Positions 1 through 13,579 of a stretch of DNA of 64,000 nt are shown here, one piece after another. Every line of letters begins with the position of its first letter. Positions within the stretch are counted from its first letter, which is position 1. The stretch is taken from contig OZ024748.1 in the NCBI GenBank assembly GCA_964016885.1, forward strand, positions 806,001 through 870,000, read 5' to 3'. Below the pieces are notes generated by a model. It worked only from the letters and a program-made list of their open reading frames with translations. It did not search any database and was not told where the DNA came from. The translations under genes were made by a program, and so were the position numbers. Origin of the DNA: Eledone cirrhosa. Taxonomy: Eukaryota.

Positions 1-1799
1 CACATGCCAAACACATAAACACACTAAGTACACAAAGTGTGTGTGTGTGTGTGTTTATTTGCTTGTTTCACACACTTCCCCTCACGGAATAGTTTTTTTA
101 TGTCTATATTTTTCAATGTTTTCATGCCTGCATGTAGAAGTGGGGTGGGAGTAGGGAATTGCTGGATAACTTTCTCCCTCCCCTCTGCATATCTGAATGA
201 CTGCCTTTAAATAACTGTCTGAACATCAAAACTTCTCAACTGTGGAATAGGAGTGGTAGCTACTTTCATTTTAGTTGGCTGATGAAACCAGTAACATTGT
301 ATGTGCTTGTTTCAGCATTATCATCATCATTTTTACATCCTCTTTTCCATGCTGGCATGGGTCGGACATGACTTTCCGAGGCAGGTTTCTTGTGCCTGTT
401 TCCTCCTGATGCTAATCCACACTTTTATTTTTAAATATGGTATATATCACTCCTTTTAGTTGAACCATTGTTAACAACTGGGTAATTGCTGGCCTTGTGC
501 CAAAAGTAGAAACAATTATTAACAAACATCACACACACACACACATGTATAAAATAGGCATCCTCAGAGTTTCTGTCTGCCAAATTTCACTCACAAGGTA
601 AGTATTGGTTAGCCCTATGCTATAGTAGAATATACTTGCCCAAGGTGCCGCGTAGTTGCACAATAAACTTCTTAACCATAAATATGTGTAGAGTACAGGT
701 TATATTCCTTGTATGAACAACATTTCAACACAGTGCTAGTATTTCCAGTTTTTAATGTCAGTATGGCATATATTGTTCATGTGTGAACATTATGTCAGTA
801 TGACACTTATTGTTCCTTAGTGAACATTGCTAATTTATGACCCAACATGATCTATTATCTAATTCACCCCCACAAAAACAGGTAGAATTTACTACTTTCT
901 TACCCAACTTTAAAATAAAACAAACCAGCTGCTGTTGAGATTGGGTTCCTTGTTCCTGTTTTAATTATGTAAAGGCTCCTTATATGTACACCCCCCCTCC
1001 CTATAAAACAGCATTTGTTTTCAGTTTAGTATACTAACTGGTTTCTATGTTGAAGCAAAGTTTTGTGTAACATTACCTGCTGGGTCACATTGCCCTGATT
1101 GAAGGGAGACAGCATAGGGTGGTGAGTAACCCCTCCTCATCCCGTCTTGCATGTCCCACGGAAAAACTCATTACTGTTGATGCCATGATTAAAGGCAGCA
1201 AGTAGGCTCTCTGAAATTGCAGTGATAAAAAAACACACACACTAAATTCTGTAGGGTTTGACATTAGGAAAGGTACCCAGTCATAGACACTATGCCAAAT
1301 ATAGAATATATGAGCAAGATGTTCTCTTACACTGTGACACTTTGTCCAACCCATGGAAAGCAGACAAAATGGTGATGATGATGATATCTATATATAGTTG
1401 TTTGTGTGTTATTTGTAAGTATATATATCTAATGTGAAGGTGCATGGCCTAGAGGTTAGTGTTAGATTCACAATTATAAGGTCGTAGCTTCAATCCACAT
1501 ACCAGGTAGTGAGTTTTTTCCTTGTACAAGGCACTTCATTTCGCATTGCTCCAGTTAACTTAACTTAAAAATTGAGTACCAGGAGCAGGTAGGGGTTATA
1601 TTTCAATACAGACACCAAAACCATACCGTTCATGGATGAACTAAATTATGCAGGTCTTTCTATGTCCTCACTTACCTCCCAGTAAACCAACAACTGATCC
1701 ACATCAATTGCTGGTATGGGGATGACGGACATGATCAGTCTACAGTTGTCGTATTATATAGCTTCTATATATATTTATAAATATATATATATCTCTATA

Positions 1800-2103
1800 A
1801 AGTTATGTTGGTACCACAGAACATCCAGTCCACACTAAAGTGGTTGTGTAGGTGTCATGACAAAAAGCACCAAGTCCACGCTGTAAAGTGGTCATGTAGG
1901 AGACATGGTAAAAAGGCTCCCAGTTGACACTGTAAATGTGGTTGGTGTTAGGGAGGGTATCCAGGCACAGAAAACCTGCCAGATACAGTCCTATACGAGC
2001 GAGACACGGTCATCCGATCAATCTTGCCTCAAGTGGAACAATTCCCGTCTAACCCATGCTGGTGTGGAAGATAGACATTAAACGATGATGATGATGATGA
2101 TGA
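1800..2103 (+). mobile_element. 3' UTR fragment of RTE LINE family C (diverged copy) with (GAT)n tail
   Basis: Colinear with 41250-41533 (aagttatgttggtaccac...ttggtgttagg...aacccatgc...gacattaaacgatgatg). Confidence 0.8.
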
Positions 2104-3053
2104 TATATATATATTTATAAACTCATAATCCATTGTAGGATCAATACTGGATTTTCACTTCAACTTTGTACTCTTCATGCACAAATACATAGCGAGGAAA
2201 TTGTAGAAAATCTGATCAATATATGTTCTTTGACTGGAACTGATTATGGTAAATGTTACTTCTTAGTTCTCTTTTGATCTTAAATGTTTCCAACTGAAGT
2301 ATTTTCTAATCAAGTATTTACAGCCTCTCAATGATGTTAGGTTGAAAACAATTAGCACTATGATAAATCATGATTGTGCTGTGTTGGTGAAGTCAGCACT
2401 CTACTATTATAACATTTTAACCCTTTAGACACAAACCACGGCTGCCACTGTCTCTAAGAGATAAAACTACCAATTTTAAAGGGTTCATATTTAACCCTTT
2501 CCTTACTGTATCTCCCACAATGGCACTATCTATGATTTTTCAATTAATTTTGGAAATAATCAAGAATTTGAAGTGATTTGGTAATATAACTAACAATTCT
2601 CTTTAAGCTGTTGTTTAGAACAAAGATTCTTATATTAAATTATGGTGGAAGGTTTTAGATAGATATAAACTTCTTTGTATTGTAGGACCAGGTGCAGTTT
2701 CAACAGAGTATCAAAAGAGTTAAATTAAAATCTTACAAAATAATTTTATAAAAGAACCTTTTGTTATGTTGCAAATTATCTTGTAAATTCCGCCAAATTT
2801 TCCATTAATTGAAATATTAGATTACTTGACAATCTTAGGCAGTGATTTTCATTAGAAAAAAGTAAAATAAAAATTAAAAACAAAATTTCTTTTTGCTCTA
2901 ACATAGCAGGTACATATATGCATTCATGGGTTTTATATTGAATAATAATAATATAATAATATTATTAATATTCGATTTGTTTGCAAGCAAGCAACCTCAT
3001 ATCGCAATGTGTTTTAGATGACTATCATCAACCTTTTGTTTTAGCGGTAACAG

Positions 3054-3113
3054 AGAGAAACAATCGACAATTGTTTCAGGGTTATTGCCCCTTGTCAAGA
3101 TTGTGTATCTCTC
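3054..3113 (-). ncRNA. Type-I hammerhead ribozyme motif (core variant UUGACAA)
   Basis: Minus strand reads acaatc-TTGACAA-gggg caataa ccct-GAAAC-aatt-GTC-gattgt. Stem I is 6 bp and extendable with gagaga/tctctc; stem II is 4 bp; stem/loop III is palindromic; cleavage triplet GUC. Confidence 0.7.
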
Positions 3114-3149
3114 CTTTTCCTGCTACACGCTAGAATTCTTGAGAATATG

Positions 3150-3395
3150 TAGTAACTCAGAACGTAAAGGGCCGTAACTCTATGCTGCAAAGTATAGTAT
3201 CTGACGCTCTACCAATATTGCTAATCCACCGCCCTATTAATAATAATGTTTCTACTTTTGGCATAAGGCCAGCAATTACCCCAGTGCATTACTGGTACTT
3301 TATTTTATCGACCCCGTAAAGATGAAAGGCAAAGTTAACCTGAACTCAGAACGTAAAGGGCCATAACTCTATGATGCAAAGCATGGTGTCTGACA
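3150..3395 (-). mobile_element. Two partial tRNA-derived SINEs with Nin/Deu-like core
   Basis: Same family as 19783-19973 and 31204-31390 (ggcggtggattagc head; gcctttcatc..ggggtcgataaaataaagtaccag core; agaaacattatt tail). Confidence 0.75.
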
Positions 3396-3531
3396 ATAAT
3401 AATATAATATTACTATTATTGTTCAATATAAAACTCATGAAAGTAAAAATTTTTGTTATGTTTTGAATGGTTTCAATACATGTTAAACACTATATGGTGT
3501 TTAGTTGAGTTTTCCATTTACTATTTTTCAG

Positions 3532-3597
3532 TGTCAAGTTGTCTAGCAGTGCTGATTGAAGTGGTACCGACAATCATGTCACAGAAAGTAACACAAG
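3532..3597 (+). CDS. Candidate host-gene exon with start codon (MSQKVTQ+G)
   Basis: Polypyrimidine acceptor ctatttttcag, GC-richer non-repetitive body, aatcATG at 3576, CAAG|gtattt donor. No product recognised. Confidence 0.4.
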
Positions 3598-3693
3598 GTA
3601 TTTTATCTCTCTCTCTCTCTCTCTTTTGCTATCCATCCATCCATCCACTCTTAGTTTGAATTTGAATTTGTGAAACTTGTATGTGTGTTGTAT

Positions 3694-3730
<37 letters not shown>

Positions 3731-3923
3731 GAGTTCTTCTTTTTCTGTTTTTACAGCATTTCATCTTAATTGTTTTCCCTTTATACAGAAATAAGGTTTG
3801 CTTGTTTAGTTCGCATTTGCTGCTCTTGTGTCAAAGCTACTGTTTTAACAAAATCAATCATCATCATCTCATTTTCTCATTTCCTTTCAATAACTTCCAA
3901 CTTTGAAACAAATTTATAATTAC

Positions 3924-3980
<57 letters not shown>

Positions 3981-4228
3981 GTATATAATTTCTTTAAAAT
4001 TGATTGATCTAGCTTAATTCAATTAGGATATAGAATTTCATAATTCTGTAACATATCTTAGTTAAATAATCATCTTAGCAGTTACATATCTCCATAATAA
4101 CATTCACATATTTGTTAATAGTTTTTCTTTTGTATTTTTTTTACCTTCTAAAAAGTATTTTCATAATTTTTTTTTTTTAAATTATTTATTTTGATTCATT
4201 TTTTTTTTACTCAAACTAAAATGCTGGT

Positions 4229-4269
<41 letters not shown>

Positions 4270-4450
4270 GCCTAAGATATTTAATAATGGGAATTTCTAA
4301 GATATGTATCATAAGAAAGATATATGATTTTTAAAATATTAATTTAATCAAAGCAGTTGACTTTATGGGTTTAGAAGAAATATATGGATTTCTTAGAATG
4401 AATATTGGCTAAAACCTGTGTTTGTGTGTATATGTAAGTATATGCATAGA

Positions 4451-4489
<39 letters not shown>

Positions 4490-5021
4490 GATTTATATAT
4501 ATAGCATGTCACCTAGTGGTTTGCGGGTTGAACTCAAAAGCATAAGGTTATGAGTTTGATTCCTGAACTACTTCATTTCACGTGTGTTTGCATCATAACA
4601 TTGGGTCCTGGTCCCTACCATTAAAACACTCAAGAAACTTCCTATTGTTATACTTTGGGAGGGTCATGCTGCCAATAAAATCACATGCACCTGTTGGTTT
4701 TCATTTCAATTTATTCTAAATTTCCAGTTGGTTAGTTTAATTACCAGATGGTTGTTTATTTGTTTATTGTCAAAGCTCTTTCATCACACATTCTGTGACC
4801 TCAGTGACTAATTTGTTCTGTCCTACACTACCTTATTCTTGTGAACTGTGTACTGTGTACTAGGATTGCGCATGCGTTATATCTGGAAATTTATAATAAA
4901 GTGAAGGATAACCAACATGTCTGTGTTTTCATTGGCAACATGACTCTCCCAAAGTATAACAAGATCTGTTTCAACACATGTTTTCAGAGAAGAAATCTTG
5001 CAAAAGAAATACAAAAACGAA

Positions 5022-5064
<43 letters not shown>

Positions 5065-5611
5065 TATATATATAAAAATATATATATAATAGTAGAGCAC
5101 TGGTGGGTTATATCCATAGTAGTAGAGCACTCAGTCCATGGGATGAGTTTGGTTGAAGTAGTTCCACAACAGTTTGTTCTCGGTATGGTGAACTAACTGT
5201 TGTGGAACTACTTATATATATATATAATGTGTGTGTTTTCTTTTCATAAACTTTAATAACTGATAACGAATATTTAACTAAAGGGTTGGAATGACATTTA
5301 AGGATAATTTTTATTCAAAACATCACGTACTACTTACTTTTTCAATAATTATCTTAATAGAATTTCATTAAATATATGAAATTTTCTTAATTTTCAAAAA
5401 ATAATTCTTCAGGAAAAAAAAAAGACATGTTAATGGTGTAAGATCATGTGATAAAAAAATTAAAAAATCTTACAAAAAAGAAAAATAACTAAAAAACATT
5501 TATATACCTGTTTGTGTGTATACGTATGCACATATATACGCACCATGTGTGCATATTGCAGCGTTCCTTTGCAGATGTTTGTAAACCTGCTGCTGTTGTT
5601 TTTGGTATCTG

Positions 5612-5676
<65 letters not shown>

Positions 5677-5860
5677 CGTATATGTGTATATATATATGTG
5701 TGTGTGTGTGTGTGCGTATATGTGTATATATATATGTGTGTGTGTGTGTGTGCGTATATGTGTATATATATATGTGTGTGTGTGTGTGTGCGTATGTGTG
5801 TGTGTGTGTGTGCGTATGTGTATATATATATGTGTGTGTGTGTGTGTGTGCATATATGTG

Positions 5861-5909
<49 letters not shown>

Positions 5910-6000
5910 GTGTGTGTGTGTATACATATACACATACACACACATATATATATGTATACACATACACACACATATATATATCTATATATATACATATATA
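5612..6000. repeat. Compound (TA)n/(TG)n microsatellite with higher-order unit
   Basis: Repeating tgtgtgtgcgtatatgtgtatatatata units. Confidence 0.95.
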
Positions 6001-6049
6001 AATAAAATAACAGGAGGCTGGACTGGTGTAAATCCTTGAAAGGTTTATT

Positions 6050-6107
6050 ATACTATGATCATTTCAATGACCGGGTTCCATATGAATCCGGTGATATCAT
6101 CAGGTAT
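6050..6107 (-). ncRNA. Type-I hammerhead ribozyme motif
   Basis: Minus strand reads atac-CTGATGA-tatcaccggattcatatggaacccggtcatt-GAAA-tgatca-TA-gtat. Palindromic stem III ATGATCAT, triplet AUA, stem II closed by U-U. Confidence 0.55.
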
Positions 6108-6243
6108 TGGAATATAACAAAGGAATATGTAAAAAACCATGGGTCCGAAACTGCACTACGTTGAGTACTCTCCACAATATTACACCAAGATTGACCATAC
6201 GGAATGACCAATTCTATCCAGTGGTGAACCAACAAACCTAAAG

Positions 6244-6297
<54 letters not shown>

Positions 6298-6331
6298 GTG
6301 TGTGTATCTATATATATATATATATATATAG

Positions 6332-6389
<58 letters not shown>

Positions 6390-6403
6390 CACAACACACA
6401 CAG

Positions 6404-6465
<62 letters not shown>

Positions 6466-6604
6466 CTTTAGGTTTGTTGGTTCACCACTGGATAGAATTG
6501 GTCATTCCGTATGGTCAATCTTGGTGTAATATTGTGGAGAGTACTCAACGTAGTGCAGTTTCGGACCCATGGTTTTTTACATATTCCTTTGTTATATTCC
6601 AATA
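6105..6604. repeat. ~150-bp near-perfect inverted repeat separated by a (TA)n/(CA)n spacer
   Basis: 6105-~6260 is the reverse complement of ~6450-6604; the ORF track shows the same peptide on both strands. Confidence 0.95.
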
Positions 6605-7009
6605 AATTAGCGAGAATCGTATTTCGGCTTAGGAATTAACGGAAAACAACTTCCGAGATTTGTGGCAAGCGCTCGATTCAGATGAACCAGAGCTACAGCA
6701 TACGTTAAAGTCCAAACACACTGGGACGATGGTTAAACAAACATCCGTACAGCCAAAGAAACGACCAAGTAATTCGGGTCAAACAATAAAAATATGTGAT
6801 TGAAAATTTACCCGGACCTCTGGAAGGTTGGTAAAATCCAGTATTTGGGTTTCTGCGACTCCTAAATCAAGTACTGTCCGCTTACATAAATAATGAACAA
6901 GGAAGCCACTTTAGCAACAGGTTTTAGTTCGATTGCTAATTAAGGAGTGACTATTACTGACCCCACGTGGAGTTCAGCAAGGAAGGCAACCCTTATTTTA
7001 GGCGAATGA

Positions 7010-7109
<100 letters not shown>

Positions 7110-7113
7110 CATC

Positions 7114-7164
7114 AGATTCCTGATGATTTCTAAAGAATGAAACAGTTCTAGTCCTGTAGAATCT
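7114..7164 (+). ncRNA. Type-I hammerhead ribozyme motif
   Basis: agattc-CTGATGA-t ttct aa agaa t-GAAAC-ag ttctagtc ct-GTA-gaatct: 6-bp stem I, 4-bp stem III, triplet GUA. Confidence 0.75.
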
Positions 7165-7284
7165 CATCTATATTAAAACTATATATATATATGTAGAAGA
7201 GATATTAAATTTGTTGGAAATCCAACAAATATAGATGTTTACAACTGATTCAAAGCACTCGACAGATTTCTGGAGTAAGTATTC

Positions 7285-7538
7285 AATTGATATTAAATAA
7301 ATGGAAACTATATTTATAAAACCATATTTATTCTATTATATATATTTCAAGTTATCCCTGATTTTCCAGGGATAACTTGAACCGTTAAGGTATATCATCC
7401 TGGTCTTGTCAAATATTTATAAAACATTTTGTATTTTATCTGATGATAGTGTTACAAAATTTTTGGTACCCTTAAAATATATATAATAGAATAAATATGG
7501 TTTTATAAATATAGTTTCCATTTATTTAATATCAATTG
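7285..7538. repeat. ~64-bp inverted repeat enclosing a decayed hammerhead (7432-7493)
   Basis: caattgatatt...tatatattt mirrors aaatatata...aatatcaattg. Inside is tattttat-CTGATGA-...ctt-AAAA-tatata-TA-atagaata; the mirrored arm retains cttGAAA. Confidence 0.7.
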
Positions 7539-7806
7539 TATATATATATATATATATATGTTTATGAAGACATATATATGTTGGCCCAGTAGCTTTGGCA
7601 CTAAGCAGAAAACAGTGCATGATAATGCCTCTCTATCTATCTCTCTCTCTATATATATATAAGCTCATTATTAAAATTTTGTCCATTCTTCAGTTCTGTT
7701 ATTTTCTTCAGCTCACAATACTACGTCCATATTGTACATTTGTTCTATATATTCTTCTCCAAACATTTTTAGAATCCTTTACATCACACACACACTTATA
7801 TATATT

Positions 7807-7852
<46 letters not shown>

Positions 7853-8746
7853 TATAATTTTTTTCCTCAAGAAGTTTGTATTGTTACATGTATATAAAAA
7901 TATGTACATATGTCTCTATATATGCATATATGTCTATATATGCATATATGTCTATATATATGCATATATGTCTCTATATGTGCATATATGTGTGTTTGTG
8001 TATACATGTATGTGTGTGTGTGTATATATATATATATGCACACACACACATATACATACACAGATGCTTATATATATATATAACTAACAATCCCAATTAT
8101 TATTCGTTGCACATGTAAAATAAAAAAAAACATCAAAATACCATTAAGAAATATTGCAGTTTGATGTAGCTAAAATTTATTTACAACTCAAATATTTGTA
8201 TCTTTATTATTATTTTTATATCTGTGTTAAACGGTAAAAATAATGTTAATCCCATTTTAAGTTTTTGAACAGTTATATTTCAGTATTTCAGTCATTAGTT
8301 TGAATTCTTTTGTATTTAATAGTTTTCTAAATTTAGTTTTTATTACTGGTAGGCTGCTTTTGAATGGTGCTAGGGAATTGGTAAAGAATTTGCTGTTTGT
8401 TTTGGTGTATATTTTATGGGTGTTTTAGTGTTTATTCTACATATTTCAAAGCATATATGCACACACACACACACACACACACACAGATGTATGTGTGTGT
8501 GTGTGTACATATATATATGTGTGTGTGTGTGTGTGTGTAAAAGGTAAACAAAAGTAAAAAGCAAACACCACAGTATAAAGAAATTTATTAGTTTAATGTT
8601 TGATATAGTAGGAAAGGAGATTTAACGTTTTGAACTCTAGTCCTTTGTCAAAAAAAGATGAAATAGAAATATAGACAGCGAGAAGTGGAAGGAACAGAAA
8701 AAAAAATTGTTTTGAAAATAAAAACGTGTATTCAGTCAGTTATTTT

Positions 8747-9128
8747 GGAGGCACATGGCTTAGTGGTTAGAGCATTGGCTTGCAATCGGAAGGTTGTGAG
8801 TTCAATTCTTAGACCGGGTGATGTGTTGTTTCCTTGAGCAAGACACTTTATTTTCACATTGCTCCAGTTTACTCAGCTGTAGAAATGAGATGATAGGGAC
8901 TGGGGTCCCTATCATTCCACTGCAAAGTGGTCGTGGAGGTGCCACGGCAAAAAAATACCCAGCCCACACTGTAAAGTGGTCCTGGAGGTGCCACGGAAAA
9001 AAAGCACACAACACTCACTGTAAATGAGGTTGGTGTTAGGAAGGGAATCCAGCTGTAGAAATCAAGCCAGAATCAGTTCCCATCCCACCCTTGCAAGCAG
9101 GGAAAAAGCGGACGTTAAATGAAATGAT
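8747..9128 (+). mobile_element. Full-length tRNA-derived SINE with RTE-A 3' tail
   Basis: Box A (tggcttagtgg) and box B (gagttcaattc), CORE-like ccttgagcaagacactt, pseudoknot module, and tail cccacccttgcaagcaggga..gcggacg matching the LINE end at 37410-37445. Confidence 0.85.
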
Positions 9129-9319
9129 TATATATATATATAATATATATATATACATCAGCTATTGATAGTAATAAATAATTATGTTAGCTTTTGTAGC
9201 TTTAATTATATTAATTACGTAATCATTTTATTGAGATATAATCTACAGTTTTATTGGTGACAAACATCAAAATATTTAGTTTCTTTATGTGAACACTTCA
9301 AAGCTAGAATAATTTAGGC

Positions 9320-9690
9320 CTGTACTATTATGTAAAGTATAGTGTGTTGATAGTAAATCTGTACTATTATGTATAGTATAGTGTGTTAATAGTAAATGTG
9401 TACTATTATGTATAGAATAGTATAGTGTGGGATAATAAATGTGTACTATTCTGTAAATATAGTTTAATAGTAAATCTGTACTATTGTGTTTAGTATAGTG
9501 TGTCAGATGCACACTATTATGTATAGTATAGTAAAAATGTTCTGTGTCAGTAGTAGATGTGTACTATTATGTATAGTGTAGTGTCAATAATGTATGTCAG
9601 TAGTAAAGGTGAACTATTGTATATAGTGTAGTGAGTCATAACAGTAGCTGTCTACTGTAATGTTTAGATAAAAGAAATAGTGTGTCAGTA
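9320..9690. repeat. Minisatellite, ~38-39 bp unit (tgtactattatgtatagtatagtgtg..tagtaaa)
   Basis: About 9 diverged tandem copies. Confidence 0.85.
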
Positions 9691-9884
9691 GTTTAGGAAC
9701 ATTTATTGTCAACTCTCATGGAACAGTTGTTATTTTCTAAGATAAAACAATACAATACAAATATATTGGAATACTTTATGGAATGGAAACGTTGTTTTGC
9801 GAGGAGGAGTCAGTGTTCTGTATACAAGTTCCAATCTCATTGACTGGAACAAGACCACAAACATAGAAGAATTTTATTAATTCC

Positions 9885-10200
9885 ACTGTAATTTATGGAG
9901 TGACTCCTCTCCTAGATAGGTTGCTATTGCTGTAATTTATGGAGTTACTCCTCTCCTAGAAGGGTTGCTATCACTATGATTTACAAAGTTACTTCTCTTC
10001 TAGAAGGGTTGCTCTTGGTATGACTTATGAAGTCAGACCTCTCCTAGATGGGTTGCTATTGTTATGTCATATTTTATGTTGTATGAAGTAACTCTTCTAG
10101 ATGTGTTGCCATAGCTATGGTTTATTGAGACCACGTCATCTCTACAGTTTTTTGTATGAAGTTACTCCTCTCCTAGATAGATTACTAACACTATGGCATA
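9885..10200. repeat. Minisatellite, ~42 bp unit (ttactcctctcctagatgggttgctat...ttatggag)
   Basis: About 6 diverged tandem copies. Confidence 0.8.
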
Positions 10201-10297
10201 TGGGGAACCCATTTTCCCTGTACAGCTATTATATATAGTTACTGCTCTCATAAATAGGTTGCCTTCTCTGACTGCAGAATCCATGCCCTCTCATATA

Positions 10298-10419
10298 CAG
10301 GGGTCCCCCACCCCCAAAAAAAACATGTATACACACTTCAACAACATTGTAATAAATATTGCCTGTACAGGTAATGAAAGTGTGTATACATTTTTTTTTT
10401 GGGGGGGGGGGATACCCTG
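10298..10419. mobile_element. Tc1/mariner-type MITE
   Basis: TA|CAGGG...CCCTG|TA termini with long TIRs (cccc aaaa tgtatacacac / gtgtgtataca tttt gggg). Confidence 0.75.
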
Positions 10420-10784
10420 TATATATGAATGTGTGTGTATGTAACTAAAACTAGGGAACATAGGTTACATTTTTCTCTGATAAAACGATGAAGGGAGGTA
10501 AGGAGAGGGAGAAGACTGTTTCATACTCCTCTGAAATGTGGGCTCTTCCATATTTTCTTCATTTTATCTTATCTAGTTTTATTGTTTTAAAGAAAAATTA
10601 TATATTTATGAAACATTTGGGGGAAATGCCAATGTTGATAGGACAGTAAATACGTTGTTCTAAATTAATTTAGAATATCTTGCAGCAAACATCTTTTTTT
10701 ATTGATTTTGTTTTTCTTTTTAATTATAATATTGCCTCCATGTGTGTGTTTGTGTATGTATATATATATATGTGTATGTGTGTG

Positions 10785-10828
<44 letters not shown>

Positions 10829-10897
10829 GTGTGTATGTGTACATATATATTTATAAAAACGTGTGTATATGTATATAAACATATGTATATATATATA

Positions 10898-10971
<74 letters not shown>

Positions 10972-11301
10972 GAGAGAGAGAGAGCAACATGCTTTTAAGT
11001 CTTTTTCCTAAGTAATATTATCTTATAAACAAGTCATTCTATAGCATAGGTAACAATGTCAATGACTACTTACTTACATTACCACTACTACTACTACTAC
11101 CACGACCACCATTACTACTACAACTACTACCACCACCACCACCACCACTACTACAACTACTACTATTAGTATTACTACTGTTACTGATCTTTATCTCGCT
11201 GATAATTGCTCTTTAAAATGTTTACATTATTAGTTTAATACCTTTGGAGAAAAAAATGGGATTACATGTGTACATATGTATATAGATATGTGTATATATA
11301 C

Positions 11302-11354
<53 letters not shown>

Positions 11355-11759
11355 AAAATGTATGACCCCGACGGCAGAGCTCAAGCTATTTCGACGGCTA
11401 TTTCTCTCTATATAAATGTGTGTGTATGTGTGCACAGGAAAAAGAATGGACGTTAAATGGTGGTGATCATGATGATGATGACGGTGATGGTGATGGTGAT
11501 GATGAGATATGTGGGGTTGGGGTTATTCAATTTAGTATTATCTTCGTTCAGCAGCTCTCTAGAAGCTTCCAAGCTTTCTATCAATAATAACTAATTGAAA
11601 AGCTTTATTGAATAATACGATGATTAGCGAATGAAGAAATGGAAGGCTTTTTTTTTCATAAAAAGACTTATTAGAAATATGTGTATGTGTTATATGTTAT
11701 ATAAATATAATATATAACATATAACAAATACATGTATATATATAACATATAAAACATAC

Positions 11760-12262
11760 ATCATCATCATCATCATCGTTTAACGTCCATCTTCCACGCT
11801 TGCATGGGTTTGGACGGGAGTTTTCCGACTTGAGGCAAGATTTGTTGTCTTGTTCGTATAGGACTGTCTGGCGGGTTTTCTACGGCTGGATGCCCTTCCT
11901 AACACCAACCACGTTTACAGTGTGGACTGGGAGGTTTCTACCGTGTTACCTACATGGCCATATTACAGCGTGGACTGTGTGCTTTTTTGTCGTGACACCT
12001 ACACGACCTCATTTGTTTCGGACTGGATGTTGTGGTACCAACATAACTTCACATTGAAGGGGGTGGTGTGGATGGGTTGGGGGTAGTGGGACAGGGGTGT
12101 ATTTTTGTTAGAGGTGCCTACTGACTGTAGGTTTCGCTTTGTACTTAGGCAAAGCGGGTCTTCTGTATTACTGTGTAGCGCCAAAGATCTCGGTTCAGTG
12201 ACATTGTCTTGGAGAGGTGTAAGTGTGTGAGGTCGGAATTTATCAAGTCGTCCCAGGTTTTT
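11760..12262 (-). mobile_element. 3' end of RTE LINE family C (ORF end + 3' UTR + GAT tail)
   Basis: Reverse complement matches 41060-41533. Confidence 0.85.
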
Positions 12263-12429
12263 ACATGTATATATATATATATACATGTATATATATATAT
12301 AATATATAACATATAACACATACATCATCATCATCATCATCATCATCATCGTTTTACATCCGTTCTTCCATGCTAGCATGGGTTAGAAGGGTTGTCCTGT
12401 ATATATATATAATATATAACAATAATTAT

Positions 12430-12757
12430 CGGTGATAAAAGCCGACCTTACCCAATTACACCTCTCAAAGGTGATTTCACACGACCGTGACCTCTGGCAT
12501 CACGCAGTAATACAGAGTACCCGACCTCCCATGGGTACAAGCTGAAGCATATAGACAATATGCCCCCACACCCTCCCACTGCAAGGTGGTCGTGGAGGTT
12601 GGTGTTAGGAAGGGCATCCAGTTGTAGAAATCAAGCCAAAATCAGTTCCTGTATGAGCAAGCCATGGTCAGCCGACCAGACACTGCCCACAACAGGAAAA
12701 CCCGTCTAACCCATGCTAGCATGGAAGAACGGACGTAAAACGGTGATGATGATGATG
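12430..12757 (+). mobile_element. 3' end of RTE LINE family B with internal deletion of the pseudoknot array
   Basis: Matches 14878-15298, but jumps from gtggaggt to tggtgttagg. Confidence 0.85.
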
Positions 12758-12761
12758 ATAT

Positions 12762-12823
<62 letters not shown>

Positions 12824-12981
12824 AACACATATATATATATATATACAATATATAACATATATATATATATAATATATAACATATATATATATATATATAT
12901 AATAAGCCAGAATAAGTTCCCGTCCCACCCTTGCAAGCAGGGAAAAAGCGGACATAAAATGAAATGATGATGATGATATAT

Positions 12982-13040
<59 letters not shown>

Positions 13041-13061
13041 TATATACATATATATATATAC

Positions 13062-13098
<37 letters not shown>

Positions 13099-13335
13099 AT
13101 ATATATATATACATATATATATATACATATATATATATATACATATATATATACATATATATAATATATAATATATATATATATATAATATAACATATAT
13201 ATAATATATAATATATATATATATAATATATATATATATAACACATATATATATATATAATATATATATATATATAATATAACATATATATAATATATAA
13301 TATATATATATATAATATATATATATATAACACAT

Positions 13336-13369
<34 letters not shown>

Positions 13370-13579
13370 ATATATAATATATAACATATATATATATAAC
13401 ATATATATATAATATATAATATATAACATATATAATATATAACATATATATATATAATATATAATATATAACATATATATATATAATATATATAATATAT
13501 AACATATATATATATAATATATATAATATATATATATATAACATATAATATATAACATATATATATATATATATATATA

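Noticed and set aside
8747-8820. tRNA-like sequence with A and B boxes
   Set aside because: It is a SINE head: the acceptor stem is incomplete and it continues into a multi-copy SINE body.
9320-10200. Regularly spaced repeats resembling a CRISPR array
   Set aside because: Diverged tandem minisatellites with no unique spacers, no cas genes and a eukaryotic context.
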